Assembly: GCF_011386835.1 (NCBI RefSeq) | Contig: NC_088803.1 | Span: forward strand, 42,842,001 to 42,906,000 | DNA length: 64,000 nt | From: Chrysemys picta bellii | Lineage: Eukaryota | Direction: 5' to 3' | In this document: in pieces, positions 36,874 to 49,959 of the stretch | Layout of the letters: each line of letters begins with the position of its first letter | How positions within the stretch are numbered: the stretch's first letter is position 1 | Translations under genes and position numbers: made by a program | Notes under the pieces: generated by a model | Told to the model about the DNA's origin: nothing | Seen by the model: the letters and a program-made list of their open reading frames with translations, nothing else | The model's database searches: none

Positions 36874-37176
36874 CAGGGGTAGGCAACCTATGCCGCCTTC
36901 GGCACGCGAACTGATTTTCAGCGGCATTCACACTGTCCGGGTCATGGCCACCAGTCCAGGAGGCTCTGCATTTTAATTTAATTTTAAATGAAGCTTCTTA
37001 AACATTTTAAAAACCTTATTTACTTTACATACAACAATAGGTTATTTATATATATTATAGACTTATAGAAAGAGACCTTCTAAAAGGTTAAAATGTATTA
37101 CTGGCATGCGAAACCTTAAATTAGAGTGAATAAATGAAGACTCGGCACACCACTTCTGAAAGGCTGCCGACCCCTG
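36874..37176. mobile_element. hAT-type MITE
   Basis: caggggtaggcaacc / ggctgccgacccctg; TSD aactagag / aacttgag. Confidence 0.88.
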
Positions 37177-37254
37177 AACTTGAGCAACCAATGGCTGCTT
37201 AGTAATTCACTATGCTTCTCAGAGTAAATGTAAATCAGAGAATGGAGGATCTGA

Positions 37255-37537
37255 GGCCTTGGCTACACTGGCAATTCACAGCGCTGCACTTGCTGCGCTC
37301 AGGGGTGTGAAAAAACACCCCCCCCTGAGCGCAGCGAGTGCAGCGCTGTAAAGCGCTAGTGTAATCAGCGCCTGCAGCGCTGCACGCTCGCTCGCAGCGC
37401 TGCAAGCTATTCCCCTCGGAGAGATGGAGTACTTGCAGCGCCGCGAGAGAGCTCTCGCAGCGCTGGCGGCGCGACTACACTCGCGCTTCACAGTGTTGCC
37501 GCGGCAGCGCTGTGAATCCGCAAGTGTAGCCAAGGCC
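37255..37537. mobile_element. Young CpG-rich Harbinger-type MITE
   Basis: Perfect TIR ggccttggctacact / agtgtagccaaggcc; 3-bp TSD tga / tga. Confidence 0.9.
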
Positions 37538-39789
37538 TGAGTGCAGTTTTCTATGCTGTGAGAGTATTGCTGAATGGCAGAGCAAAGACCAGGGAATGAT
37601 GGCTCCTGGTGTTATGCCAGGTTCTGTCAGTGACTCTCTTAATCTCACTGTACCTCAGTTAGTCACCTATAAAACTAGTAAAATAATACCTTCCTCACAG
37701 GGGTATTACAGAGGGCTTTAGTCTGCCAATCTAGCATGTTTCACCAGTACTAAATTTACTTACAAATGATTTTCAAAGTGTGTGTGCATCACCCATTCAG
37801 GTGCTGGCCCATGACTGGGGCTCCAAAGTATTACTGTGATACAAATAATATGTAATGATAATATAGCTGCTAAAAGCTATATTAAAAGCTAATATAGATT
37901 CCTTAGATAAAAGGTACTACATAAAGTATTCTGCTCATTCACTCACTTCCTAGCTGTCAAAGTTATGAGAGTCATGATGACTAACCACCATAATCAGAAA
38001 GGAAATGAGAGGGGAAAAAAAGGTACTTACTATATTTAATAATAGATAGGCAAAGGAGAACACAAGGCATGGAACAAAGGCAAAGCTATACAATTTACCA
38101 TTTTTATGCCCTTCAAAAATGTTCTTTTTTCTTTATTTTGTGGAGCTCAAGGGTTAATTGCAGAACAACCTACCTCACTGGCTTTGTGTTGCTGGTGCTG
38201 GCGTAACAATATGCTGTTGTGGTTTTCCCTTGGTCCTTCATTACTGGGAACACGGAAAATACACAGAAATCTGAAACCTTTCAAGGGAGGAAGTTGGGTT
38301 TTCGCAACAAGATCTAGATGCAAAATGCTTTACAATTTATGGCAGGAATTGGTGCCAGGAGGTTAAAATAACAGTAAATTAACAAACATTTAGAATTTGG
38401 GTAATAATGTTGTAGCACATTTATAAGGTTTCGTAACTGTTTCTGCATGCTCCTAAAATCTCTTCAAATATGAGTGTGAAGGCAAATAGGCCTAAAATCC
38501 TCACTAATATACTCAGGCAGTTTCCATGCCTTTTGAACATACAGTGACAATTGTCGTACATCATATCATCCAACAGATGAGCAGACAATAACACCTACAA
38601 ACATAAGATTTATTATACCAATCAGATTGCTGGTCTCTCTAATCTGGAATCAGACTTCCAGCAGTGGCCAGTACCTATGCTCCAGAGGAGAGGCACAGGA
38701 AGAAATCCTATATTATCTCCTGATTGTACAATGCAGAATAGGGGGATAGAAAGGAATTGGCTCCTGACCTCCATGGTGCTGATCATATTCCCTGAAGCAC
38801 GGGCTTTAACTTAGTATCACTCTAGGTTACATAGCTATATTAATGGACATAACATTACTCTTTGCCCTTCTGTAAATCTCATTAAGGTATTTGTGACACA
38901 ATGACTTCCCTTGGGACCAAAGTCCACACGTCAATATATGCAATGTAAAGGCATCTTTGTTTTCATTTGTTCCAAACTGACTGCCTTCTCAAATCTAATT
39001 TAGCCACAGAACATAGGTAATCATATTTATGAATGTTTGCTTAGAAGTTATAACACACTCTGGGCCATGTGCAGTTTTTATTAATAATGCCAATATCTGT
39101 ATATCAAGGGACAAACTGACTCCTATACTTAAGAAGATGAGGCCTCATTTTCGCTAAGCCTCCAACTAATTTTTTGTTCCCCCTTAGTTATTATTGGACC
39201 TTGATGATGCTTCACCAGATGAAACATTTATTGGTACAGGTCTAATGAAACTTTTCTGTAACACTTTTTGCTGCAGAATGAACTTTAAGATACAAGAATA
39301 AAGGATGGGGATTAAGGATTCTTTAGTGTCATCTCTGATAGTGGGGTTGTCTTGCCCCATACATTTACAGTTGAAGGAGACCCATCTATCCCTATGCAAG
39401 GAGATTAGAGAGTACTTGACATATTTCCCCCAGAAATGCCTGCTGAAATCACATTTGAGTGTCACTGAAGCACTGATGATGTGACTGTTATTTCATACAT
39501 TCATATAACATGGGCCATAACTTGTGGTCCTTATTTGCAGAGATTCCTACTGAAGTACATGGGCTAAGCTTAAACTTCTTGTAAGTGCGTTCAACCCTTC
39601 TGAAATCAGATAGTTTTATGTATACTGCAATTGCAGACTCAGGCATAAAAATACTTACCATAGCGTTTTCTCAACAAATAATTAGCTACAGATAGGTTGA
39701 TAGTCAAATGTCTTTTCAAGTCATACCATGGGTATCACCTCTCATTTGCATTGGTGCAACTAGGAAGGATGGTCTTGTGCTTACCACTC

Positions 39790-40060
39790 CAGTTTGGAAC
39801 TCCTTCTTTATCTGGGTTTATATCCTGGCTATGCCACAGGTTTCCTGTGAGAGCTTAGACAAGTCACTTAATTACTCTATGCCTCAGTTGCACCCCATCT
39901 GCAAAATGATGATATAAATATTCCCTTTGTCCATCCTTTCTATTTAGTTCACAAGCTCTTAGGGGCAGGGACTGTCTGTTACTGTGTGTTTATACAGTGC
40001 ATAGCACAATGGGACCCCACCATTGGTTGGAGTCGCTCGCTGCTATTGTAATATTACTGC
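39790..40060 (+). mobile_element. Old MIR-like SINE
   Basis: gacaagtcacttaattactctatgcctcagtt core followed by an aggggcagggactgtc tail. Confidence 0.6.
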
Positions 40061-41509
40061 TAACCATACTAGGAAAATCTGGCCTTTATTCACAATTGTG
40101 ACAATGTGAAATGCTCTATCCCTCTCTGGGTTATACTGTATGATGAGATTACAGAATGTCTCACTTAAACACATGTGGTCCCAAGCATTTGGTATCGTCA
40201 AAGTAGAATTTGGGACTGACACGTACAAGGCAACAAGAGCATTTTAATCAAACTAGGACATAAGGTAAGTGGGACTGTTGCTGTCCATCTCTGACAGCTG
40301 CTAGTGCAGTATGTGTGGATAAACCCATGTATCATAAAAGGGCCATTGTTCCAAGCCATCCCGATGAAGAAATTTATGCTACCAACAACAGGCCGCTTTA
40401 TCAGCTGAGCTGACAAATTGATTTTCTTCTCCTGATACTTCAAACCAGCTGTTGCTTTATGGCAAATGCGCTGGATAAAAATACAAGGCATTATGTTTCC
40501 AATGCAGACGCTATCTCTTTGGACATTACTCGCACTTCTGGATAAGAAACTGTTTTTCCTAATCCACATTCCATGGAGAAAGTGGTTGATCTTATTTTGA
40601 AGCTGAAAATAAATCCATGTATGGGAAATAGTATGTGCATACTTTTTTTTATTCTTTCATCAGCTGTAGTAAATTGTACAAAAATGCCTCCAATGATGAA
40701 GACCACGTTTGCTATTACTTTTGGCTGGTTTAATGATAGTAAAATCAATTGCTTACTAAAAACCTGAGTTCTAAGAACAAAACATGTTTAGCCACATACA
40801 CGTGATCACTATAAACATTAAATAGAGTGGAAGCATAGTTCACTGGGTTAGTATGCTTGTATAGGACTTAGCAGATGCGGGTTCAAGTCCATGCTCTGTC
40901 ACAAATGTGTCGTATGCCTCAGTTCCCACCTATAATATGTGGCTAATAGCACTTCCTAACCTAATGGAAGTGCAGTGAGGATAAATACATGAGAAGATGC
41001 TTGGATGCTATCATAATGGGGGCCATATAAGTATCTTGTGGAGATTATCTTCCACCAGTAAAGTAACTAGCAGCATCATTATTCTCAGATCTGTTATTAT
41101 GCTCATTGATTTGAAATTTCCTTAATCTCATGTTCCCAGCAGGGGTCTTGCCTACTCTGAATACTTTAGGGAAATCTCTGTCCACCCCACCCCACCCCTA
41201 TGCTGGCACAGGTGCTTCTCTCCCAGTACTAACACTGGTGGAAAATGCTAGTGTAGACTGGCCACTGGTGATTATATATATATATATTTATTATTTATAT
41301 AACCCAGAACCGCTGGGTTATTTTCTTGATATTTTCTTGAAATCCTCAGGGTAGTGACTACCAGGTGGTTCATTTATGTCTGGCTCTAAGAAAGGAAATG
41401 AATAATAACACCTCCAGCATTGTGTTTTATATGAAAAGAGAGGGAGGATGGATATGTGGTTAACACTCAGAGCTGTGAGGCACTCAGATACCAGATGTGA
41501 TAGAGTTGT

Positions 41510-41770
41510 AGATAGATAGCTTGATTAGACAGAAGTTAGGAGATGAGGGTTCTATTCTTGACTCTGTCACAGACTTCCTGTGTAACCTTAGTAGCTTTCT
41601 GCCTTAGTACCCTTATCAGAAAAACTCAGCTAATGATATTTTCCTACTTTGCAGGGGTGTTCATGGGACTTATATCATTCATGTTTTCATTGAGATCCTC
41701 CGATGGAAGGTGCTGGAGAAAAGCAAAGTATTATTATGGTATTATTTATTTCCGTAACACACTAAAACAT
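41510..41770 (+). mobile_element. Old MIR-like SINE
   Basis: gggttctattcttgactctgtcacagacttcctgtgtaacct core; ttgagatcctccgatggaaggtgct tail. Confidence 0.55.
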
Positions 41771-41974
41771 GGCAGGCATATGTTCAAAAGGTTTAACTTC
41801 GTAAAACCAATGCCTTGAGAACTGACCCTTAGGATAAATATTAGCAGTTTTGAATTTGCATGAATTTAGGTGCTGAGAAATGTTAATCTGGTAGCTCCAT
41901 ATAACACTTCTGAATAATACAAGCAGTGCAAATGTTACTGCATGTGGTTTTTTAAATTTGTTTTTCCTCTCTAG

Positions 41975-42406
41975 AATACCTTGGCAAAAGCATTATATGA
42001 CAACAAGGCTGAGTGTTCAGATGAGCTAGCCTTCCGCAAAGGAGACATCCTAACGGTTCTTGAACAGAATGTCTTAGAGAGTGAAGGATGGTGGAAATGT
42101 TCCCTCCATGGAAGACAAGGCCTAGCTCCTGCTAATCGCCTCCAACTCCTTGCTAGTTCCCAGGCAGACATGTTGTCTCTCTCCTCTGAGCATGATTCCC
42201 AGGAATTGCCCATCTGTCAACAAAATATCTACCAGGTCCCATCAGCTCCCAAGTCTTCCACATTGTCACCTACGTATGAACGGATGGACAGTTGGATTAA
42301 GCCACTTCCTTCTTCTGTTTCTTCTCCACCTACTCAAGAAATATATCAGGTGCCAGCTTTAGCTGCACAATTATTCCGTGAAAAGACCCAAAGCCTAACC
42401 AATCAG
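41975..42406 (+). CDS. CASS4: CASS4 exon 2 (SH3 domain)
   Basis: 432 nt, ctctag/ ... /gtaaga; NTLAKALYDNKAECSDELAFRKGDILTVLEQ...WWKCSLHGRQGLAPANRL. Confidence 0.97.
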
Positions 42407-43458
42407 GTAAGAATATAAGCAAGTATTAAGGTGCCAAGTGTTGGAAAATACCAGTGAGGGGAAGGGAAGCCTGACGGTTTTTACTTTTTCAGGGACTTGA
42501 GAATTTCAGTTGAAAGTTGCAGTGAAGTCAGTCAAGTAAATTATGCTTTGTTTAGGCGACTTGAATAAATACTGTTATACATTCATAGCATTCTATAGGA
42601 AATATTCCTATAAAACTCATATAGTCATCCCTGGAATCACATCAGCCCCTGCCGAAATACAGCCACCTCCGTGACAGTAAGTAGCAGCTATATAATGCCC
42701 AACCATTTAGGACAGGAAGTGAAGAGGAATATAATAACTGCTTTGGGTGGAATATAGAGATTTATGGATCTTACAAAATTGCTTAAAACTCCTTAAGCTA
42801 TAAAATTCCAGAGCTTCATACTTCAGTGGTTGAGGCACAGACACACATTTCTTCACATTTGTGGGGTTTTGACACTTATAGAAGATAATTTGTAACAATG
42901 TGGTTATAGAACTTCTCAGTCAGACTGCCATCTTCTCTCACTGAGATGCTGCAACTCTCTTCCCTTTAGTCTCTCCACGTCCCAGTTCTTCAACAAGTTC
43001 AAAACGCTGCTGCCAGTCTTCTCATGCACCAGGTCACCTCCTTCTCCAGACAACTCCATTGACTCCCTATCCATTTCAGGAGTCACTTCAAAACTGCTCC
43101 CTTGTTGCAGCTTCTCAGTGAGATACCCTCTCTTTCTCTGCTCACGCTTTCTTTAGGCCTGGATGCATGATTACCCAGTTCACATTTGGGTGATCCCATC
43201 AATACTCAGGTGCTCCAACAGCCCGTATAAGTGCCAATATTATTTTTATTAAATGTGAATAGAGTGCCCTAACATAGGCAGTTGAAAACTGCCGTCCCTG
43301 TAACAAAGAATTGCCTCAGAGGCCTTCCTAATTAAAAATGAGCAGTAATAGCAGGGATTTATCAGTGCAGTTCACTACAGTTTATTTTACTTTATGTTTT
43401 GTCTCACAGGCTCATGGGGCCTTGGATATGGGAGCTTCACATTAACCATCCCCTAAAT

Positions 43459-43675
43459 TAGTTCTCAAACTTTTGTACTGGTGACCCCTTTCACATAGCA
43501 AGCCTCTGAGTGTGACCCCCCTTATAAATTAAAAACACTTTTTAATATATTTAACACCATTATAAATGCTGGAGGCAAAGCGGGGTTTGGGGTGGAGGCT
43601 GACAGCTCGCGACCCCCCCATGTAATAACCTCACGACCCCCTGAGGAGTCCTGACCCCCAGTTTGAGAACCCCTG
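43459..43675. mobile_element. hAT-type MITE
   Basis: Perfect 8-bp TSD CCCTAAAT at 43451-43458 and 43676-43683. Confidence 0.9.
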
Positions 43676-45721
43676 CCCTAAATGAAACGTATGTTACAAA
43701 GGTTAAATGATCTAAGGCAGAGACTTAAATATTAAGTCAGTCTATAAAGGATGCAGGATATTCATCTAATCATTTACTGTAGGCCATCATTTCACTCCAT
43801 TTACCTCCTTTAGCCATCTTCCCTACCTTTGCATCAAAAGGAAAGATACAGTGACAACAGTGTTGCTCTATGTATTACCTGGTGAACAGATGCTGAAAAA
43901 CCAAGTGAACTTAGTGTAGCCATGGAGATTGAGGTCCATTTTTTCAAAATAGCACTTCCAGTTTTCATGGGTGATTACCATAATTGCACAATCAAACTGT
44001 GTAACTGAATGTTCAAAGGAACATAATTAGCCTTCTGCACAGGCAATGACCTGATCTGCACAGGCAATGACCTGATCTATGCACCTAATTACAAAGAAGG
44101 CATACACAAATTGGGTATGACATCTCACGAACATTTTGCATATGCAATTGTGCCTCCAACTTTTAAAAAAAACAGGCCCTGAAATTGTCACATACCCATT
44201 TTCTATTGAATTAGGAGCACAAGCTGAGAGTTAGATAGATAGATAGATAGCAAGCAAAGCCATCTATCTATCTATACTGTTGCCCTGTGATACCTGCTAA
44301 GCTGCTATGTTATATGTTGTATCTACCTTGTTCAGCTATAACTGTTTTCTTTAACAAGGAAAGAAAAATACTTTAAAATCTTTAAGATGTTTCTAATATT
44401 TACACTTTCAGGTTTGCCTGAGCTACATCACAGTTGCTACTACAAAGAACAACTGTACCACAGGAGTCAACAGCCACACATACACACGCATTTAAAGGTG
44501 TAGAAGTAGACAGCCCATCTGAGTGCAGCAGTACAAATTGAAGTATCCTAGATTACCCCATGTACATGGTATGGGACAACTGGCATATCTTCTGACATGT
44601 TCAGCTGTTCTCTCAGCAGCTGGGTGAAGCTACTCAGTCTTTGAGGGACTCTGATTGAAAAAAATAAGCCCCTCTGAAAAAACCTGTGTGCATGCTCCAC
44701 CTACATTTTAAAGCTTGTAATTTTGTTACTTCTCGTCCAATAAAAATTTCAGCCATTTGTTGTCTTAGTCTGCCTGATCCTGAAAATATGCAAAGCGATT
44801 TCTTTTCTGTAGCAAATCTGGTAATAGAGTGTGATATTCACTAATTCACATTTTACTATCAACCAAATAAGATTGTCTGTATGTGAAAGTAGGTTTGGGC
44901 CAAACCAGAACCTTTTAGCTGGACTCTACTTATCTTCTTACCTACTCTGCGCAGAAAAAGAAAGCCTGTTCTCTTATAGTTCTGTCAGTGTAGAAGGTTT
45001 GTAAGACAGATGGCTCCTTTTGCAGAATAATAACAGAATTCATGTTCATTTATTTATTTCCTGTCCTTACAAGAAACCAACGTTTCAGTCAGCCAGGCCT
45101 TTCTCAAATATGAAACAGGGAGATAAAAAGCTGGGGCCTTGTCCTTCCGCCACACAATATGTCCTTCCGCCACATTGCTCTGAATTTGGTGGGTGTGATT
45201 GTTAATATGGTGAAGAAGAACACTGCCTCTCATTCTTAAATGGCTTATTGCAACATAAAGCTTCAGTAGAAGCTCCTTCTGGTCAGAAATTTGGTGTTGC
45301 AATGGTTTATTTATAGACCCACTGTGCAGTCCCAAGGGCATCTCATTGCTGAATAGACAAAATTCAGGGTGGTTTCGGAGTGAGTGAAAAATCCTTTCCC
45401 CAGTGCTCGTATCTATTAGCAGTCTGCTAGCATTTTAACTAAACATATCCACAGCCTCCAGTCATGGCGGTATTTTCATTCCTATGCCTCTTAAAACAAT
45501 GTTTCAAGCAAAGAATGAAATAAATCTGTAACTGGTCTATGCATTAGAGCACCCTCATTAGGCTCATGTGCTCTAGGAGTTGGACAGGACCAGAGAAAGA
45601 GGTGAGAACAACAGACTTGCTTCTTCTGAGAGAAGTCCAACCTCCTTTATCGTACCATATACTTTAATAATAGTGGTGCTACCACCCACTATAATCTCAT
45701 TTCAGATGTCTTGCAAAACCA

Positions 45722-45908
45722 TGCTCTGAAGTGTCCCTAGCCTCTGTTTGCCAGAAGCTGGGAATGGGCGACAGAGGATGGATCACTTGATGATTACCTG
45801 TTCTGTTCATTCCCTCTGAGGCACCTGGCATTGGCCACTGTCGGAAGACAGGAAACTAGCTAGATGGACCAGTGGTCTGACCCAGTAAGGCCGTTCTTAT
45901 GTTCTTAC
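45722..45908 (+). mobile_element. CR1-family 3' end
   Basis: ...ggtctgacccagtaaggccgttcttatgttctta tail. Confidence 0.75.
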
Positions 45909-46329
45909 ATTCCTGTACCATAGGAAAGGTGGAGTAGAAACCCCATGGACTTCTTTTCAGTTGTTCTACTTTTTGGGAGCCAAAAGATCTGGTTGGTATC
46001 TGGATCAGGATAGATTCACTACACATCTTTTCTATTTCCTGGGCTATATGTGAGGCAGAATGCCTTTAATCTATCAATAATTCATCTCTGAAATAGAGTG
46101 GAAATACTAGTAAAGAGGATTTATAGGAAAAATAAACCCTGTCTGTTTAATAGGTAGACAATGAGCAGTTTTCAAGTTTAGGGTCAGTGAATATTTGACA
46201 GAAGCTTTTTAATTAACACCCCCAAAAGGAATTCTTCCAGCAATGGCCATCAGACTCATTACATTCTCACAGATGCCCTAAGATCACTTCAACTTTCTCA
46301 TTACATTCTTCTTTTCTTCCCCCCTCAAG

Positions 46330-46434
46330 CACCGGTTTACTCTTCCCACAGCATCTCAGGCCTCCATACCATATATAAAAAATGAGGCTTATGATGTTCC
46401 ATCACCACAACACCGGGTGGCCTTATTCACTCAG
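46330..46434 (+). CDS. CASS4: CASS4 exon 3
   Basis: 105 nt, ctcaag/ ... CAG/gtgagt; HRFTLPT...AYDVPSP...FTQ. Confidence 0.92.
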
Positions 46435-46913
46435 GTGAGTCTTGTCATGTCGCTGAATATGTCCATCAAGTGGGACTGGAATTCAGGACTTCTGAGTTCC
46501 TTATCATATGCAACAGTGCTAGAAAATTTAAAAGTAAATTATAACTTTTCTATTCATTTATTGTTTGAACTCTGCTATAAAGATTGGTAGGGAATTCTAT
46601 AGGAAAGTTTAAAAAACCGATAAGAATCTGATTCTCTTTTAAATTTGATAGATTTTTTAAAATAATATATTTGGATCCAAATCTTCAAAAATTAAGTGTA
46701 ACATCCAACTGCGCCACCTAGTGCCCATCTCCCCTCCCTACAGCATTATGATTTTATTCAACAGTCCACTCCAGTAGAGTCTAAGAACTGTATCCTGCTC
46801 TGAGTACACACACAGAATACCTGCAAGAACTCAAGGCAGTTATGTCCCTAAGTCTTCAAGTTGGTGCTATGATAAACAGTATTTAAGTCAACCTTACTTT
46901 TGTATTTTATTAG

Positions 46914-47063
46914 AGGTGTGCCACTCCACCCACAGCCAGAAAGGGCTCTATACCGATCCCCTCCAAAGAATATATCCAGGAAGAGCGGCAACAGCTTTAT
47001 GACATCCCATCCAGCTCGGAAAAGGCAGAAATCTATGTCCAGCAAGACCCTCCAGGGAGCAGT
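46914..47063 (+). CDS. CASS4: CASS4 exon 4
   Basis: 150 nt, tattag/ ... /gtaagt; RCATPP...QLYDIPSS...PPGSS. Confidence 0.9.
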
Positions 47064-47275
47064 GTAAGTGTTACTCACTGAATGGCAGAGAATAGTCTCT
47101 CATTAATACCGTCACACTCATACAGCAGAACACATGAAAAGGTGTATGGTTAATCTAATATGCTGTACATGCCTCTGATGTGAGGTGGGGCACCGGCACA
47201 ATAGTTAAGTGCCTTCAATCTGCTAAGAAGAATAAACATAAAAACAGCACTACTTGAATGTTACATTTCTTTAAT

Positions 47276-48350
47276 ATCATAGAACCATAGACATGTAGGA
47301 CTGGAAGGGACCTTGAGGTATCTAGTCCCTCCCCCTGTGCTGAGACAGGGCCACGTACACCTGTCATAGATGATCCTTGACAGGTGTTTGTCTAACCTGT
47401 TTTTAAAAAACTCCAGTGATGGGGATTCCACCAACTCCCTTGGTAACTTATTCCAGAACTTAACTGTCCTTATAGTTGGAAAGTTTTTCCTAATATCTAA
47501 CCTAAATTTCCCTTGCTACAGATTAAGCCCATTATTTCTTTTCCTACCTTTAGAGGACATGGAGAACAGTTGATCACAGTCCTCTTTATAACAGCCGTTA
47601 ACATATTTGAAGACTGTTATCAAGTCCCCCCCTTGGTCTTTTTTTCCTCAAGTCTAAACATACCCATTTTTTAAACTTTTCCCCATAGATCAGGTTTTCT
47701 AAATCTTTTATCATTTTGTTTCTCTCCTCTGGACTTTCTCCATTTTGTTCATGTTTCTTAATGTGTGGTGCCCCAAACTGGACACAATACTCCAGTAGAG
47801 TAGAGCATGACAATTACCTCCCAAGTCTTACACACAATGCTCCTTTAATACACCCCAGAGTACTAGCCTTTTTTTGCAACTCCATTACATAGTTGACTCA
47901 CATTCAATTTGTGATCCACTATAACCCTCTCCCCAAATCCTTCTCTACATTAGTATTACCTAGCCGTTTTTGTATTTCCTCTTTTTGTATTTGTGCTTTT
48001 TTTCTTTCTTAAGTGCACTTTGCATTTTCTTGTATTGAATTTAATCTTATAGATTTCAGATCAATTCTCCAATTTGTCAAGGTCATTTTGAATTCTAAAC
48101 CTGTCCTCCAAAGTACTTGCAACACCTCCTGTCTTGATGTAATCTGCAAATTTTGTAAGCATATTCTCCACTCCATTATCCAAGTCATTAATGAAAATGT
48201 TGAATAGTACTTGACCCAAAACAGACTCCCACAGGACCCCAATAGATATATCCTCCCTGTTGTACAGTGAACCATTGATAACTATTCTTTTAGTGTGGTT
48301 TTTCAGCCAGTTGTGCATCCATTTTATAGTAATTTAATCTAGTCCACATT
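47276..48350 (-). mobile_element. CR1 LINE 3' fragment
   Basis: Reverse tail atcatagaaccataga; RT remnant LGQVLFNIFINDLDNGVENMLTKFADYIK. Confidence 0.92.
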
Positions 48351-48848
48351 TGGTAGATTTTTTATTTTTAATATTAAGTAAGTTTAAAGTAAGAAATGAG
48401 ACTAGTTATACTGGATATCTGCTGGAGATGGAACTATCATTGTATTTGTTTGCTTACTATATTTAAAGTGACATTTGTCACCAAAAAAGGTGACTCAAGG
48501 AACTATTTGGTAAGTAAAACAGATGTCAGATTCTTATATTCTTGAATATCTGCATGTTTGTAACCTTAAAGCAGAAACAAATAACTTGCATTGTATTGTA
48601 AGAAGAGAATGTGATCTAGTGGCTATCGCTCTGCCAATGACTCATGCACAACCTTGGGCAAGACACCTAATCTACGTGTATCACAGTGTATCCACTTAAA
48701 AATAGGAATTATATTATTATTAATAATAATTGTATCATGCCAAAAACTGTGCTGGGAGCTTTACAAGGATAGCCAAATAGATAATGAGATCCATGTTCCA
48801 AAGAACTTACAATTTTAAATACAACAGATGCAAGAAGTGAGGTTCTTA

Positions 48849-48957
48849 CCCACGAAAGCTTATGCTCCCAGTACTTCTGTTAGTCTCAAAGGTGCCACAG
48901 GACCCTCTGTTGCTTTTTACAGATTCAGACTAACACGGCTACCCCTCTGATACTTGA
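48849..48957 (+). mobile_element. Penelope-like fragment with 3' half of the hammerhead motif
   Basis: cccacgaaagcttatgc...gttagtctcaaaggtgccac...cagactaacacggctacc. Confidence 0.7.
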
Positions 48958-49959
48958 ATTTTAAATACGTAATACTTACACCTCATGGGGATGTGGTGAG
49001 ACTTCACCAGTATTTGTAAAGCATTTTGAGATCCTTGGGTGAAAAGTGAAAACTGTAGGCTCAGTCGTGATGAGTGGACACTGGCTTGCTTTGGGGGTAG
49101 TGTGAAGCGGCACACCCCAGCTTAAACTCTGGGAGGGATTGTGTCTCAGTGAGCATCCCATTGTTCAGGGGAGCCATTAGAGGTGCAGCTTGCCCATGCC
49201 TTGTATATCTGGCCAGCTGCATGGACCAATGAAGAGGGGAAAGTCAGGGATCCACCTCTTCCCTGCCACTTGTGAGGGTGTCTTGCACCCCTGGAAACCT
49301 TGGCAAACCACAGACTCTGCAATTGTGCCCAGCGACTGCATACTCCTGTTGCATCTTGAACTCCCTCCCCACTACCCTTGTGAAGCAGCAAAGCACTATC
49401 TGGCCCGAAATGTATAATTATTCTTATATTGGCCTTATTGCACCAGAATCAGTCATCGTTCTTCAGCTGTAGAGGTCAGATGTACACAAGCAGCTATTGT
49501 ATGCCATTGAATAAGATCAGTATGCATCTCAGGAAGCCTTTGAAAATGTAAACACAGTGCAATTATTTTAGTGTGGTCAGCTGTGTATTTTTTTGTTTTA
49601 ATTTGCGTGTGTGCATGTGTGTATATGACTACTGGAAATTAAAGAGGTTGGAATCAGTTCTGCTAGTTAACAGGCTCATGAGATCTTGTTTGCTTCACTA
49701 TATGAAACTGTCCTTGATCGACATTACCTTGCAGTTTGATAATCTGTGGATGTGACAAAAATATACTTGGTCACAATATTAGATATTTCATATTTGCAAT
49801 GTGATTGTGCATTTCAGAGAGGAAGCAGAATTAGAACTATGTGCCAGAGCCACAGCTGGTATAAATCGGCATAGCTACATTGATTTCATTGACCTATGCC
49901 TATGGATCTGACCTTATATTTCTAAATGTCGCTTGTAAACCTTGTGTACTGCTTTCCAG

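Noticed and set aside
37276-37533. 85-aa Ala/Arg-rich ORF
   Set aside because: Lies inside a non-autonomous MITE; not a transposase.
40414-40640. Resemblance to a TBC Rab-GAP domain (QID..., VFPN...EKVVDLIL...NP)
   Set aside because: Spacing does not fit and the YxQG motif is missing; too weak to name.
44230-44275. Inverted GATA/TATC microsatellite pair
   Set aside because: Short simple repeats with no evidence of function.
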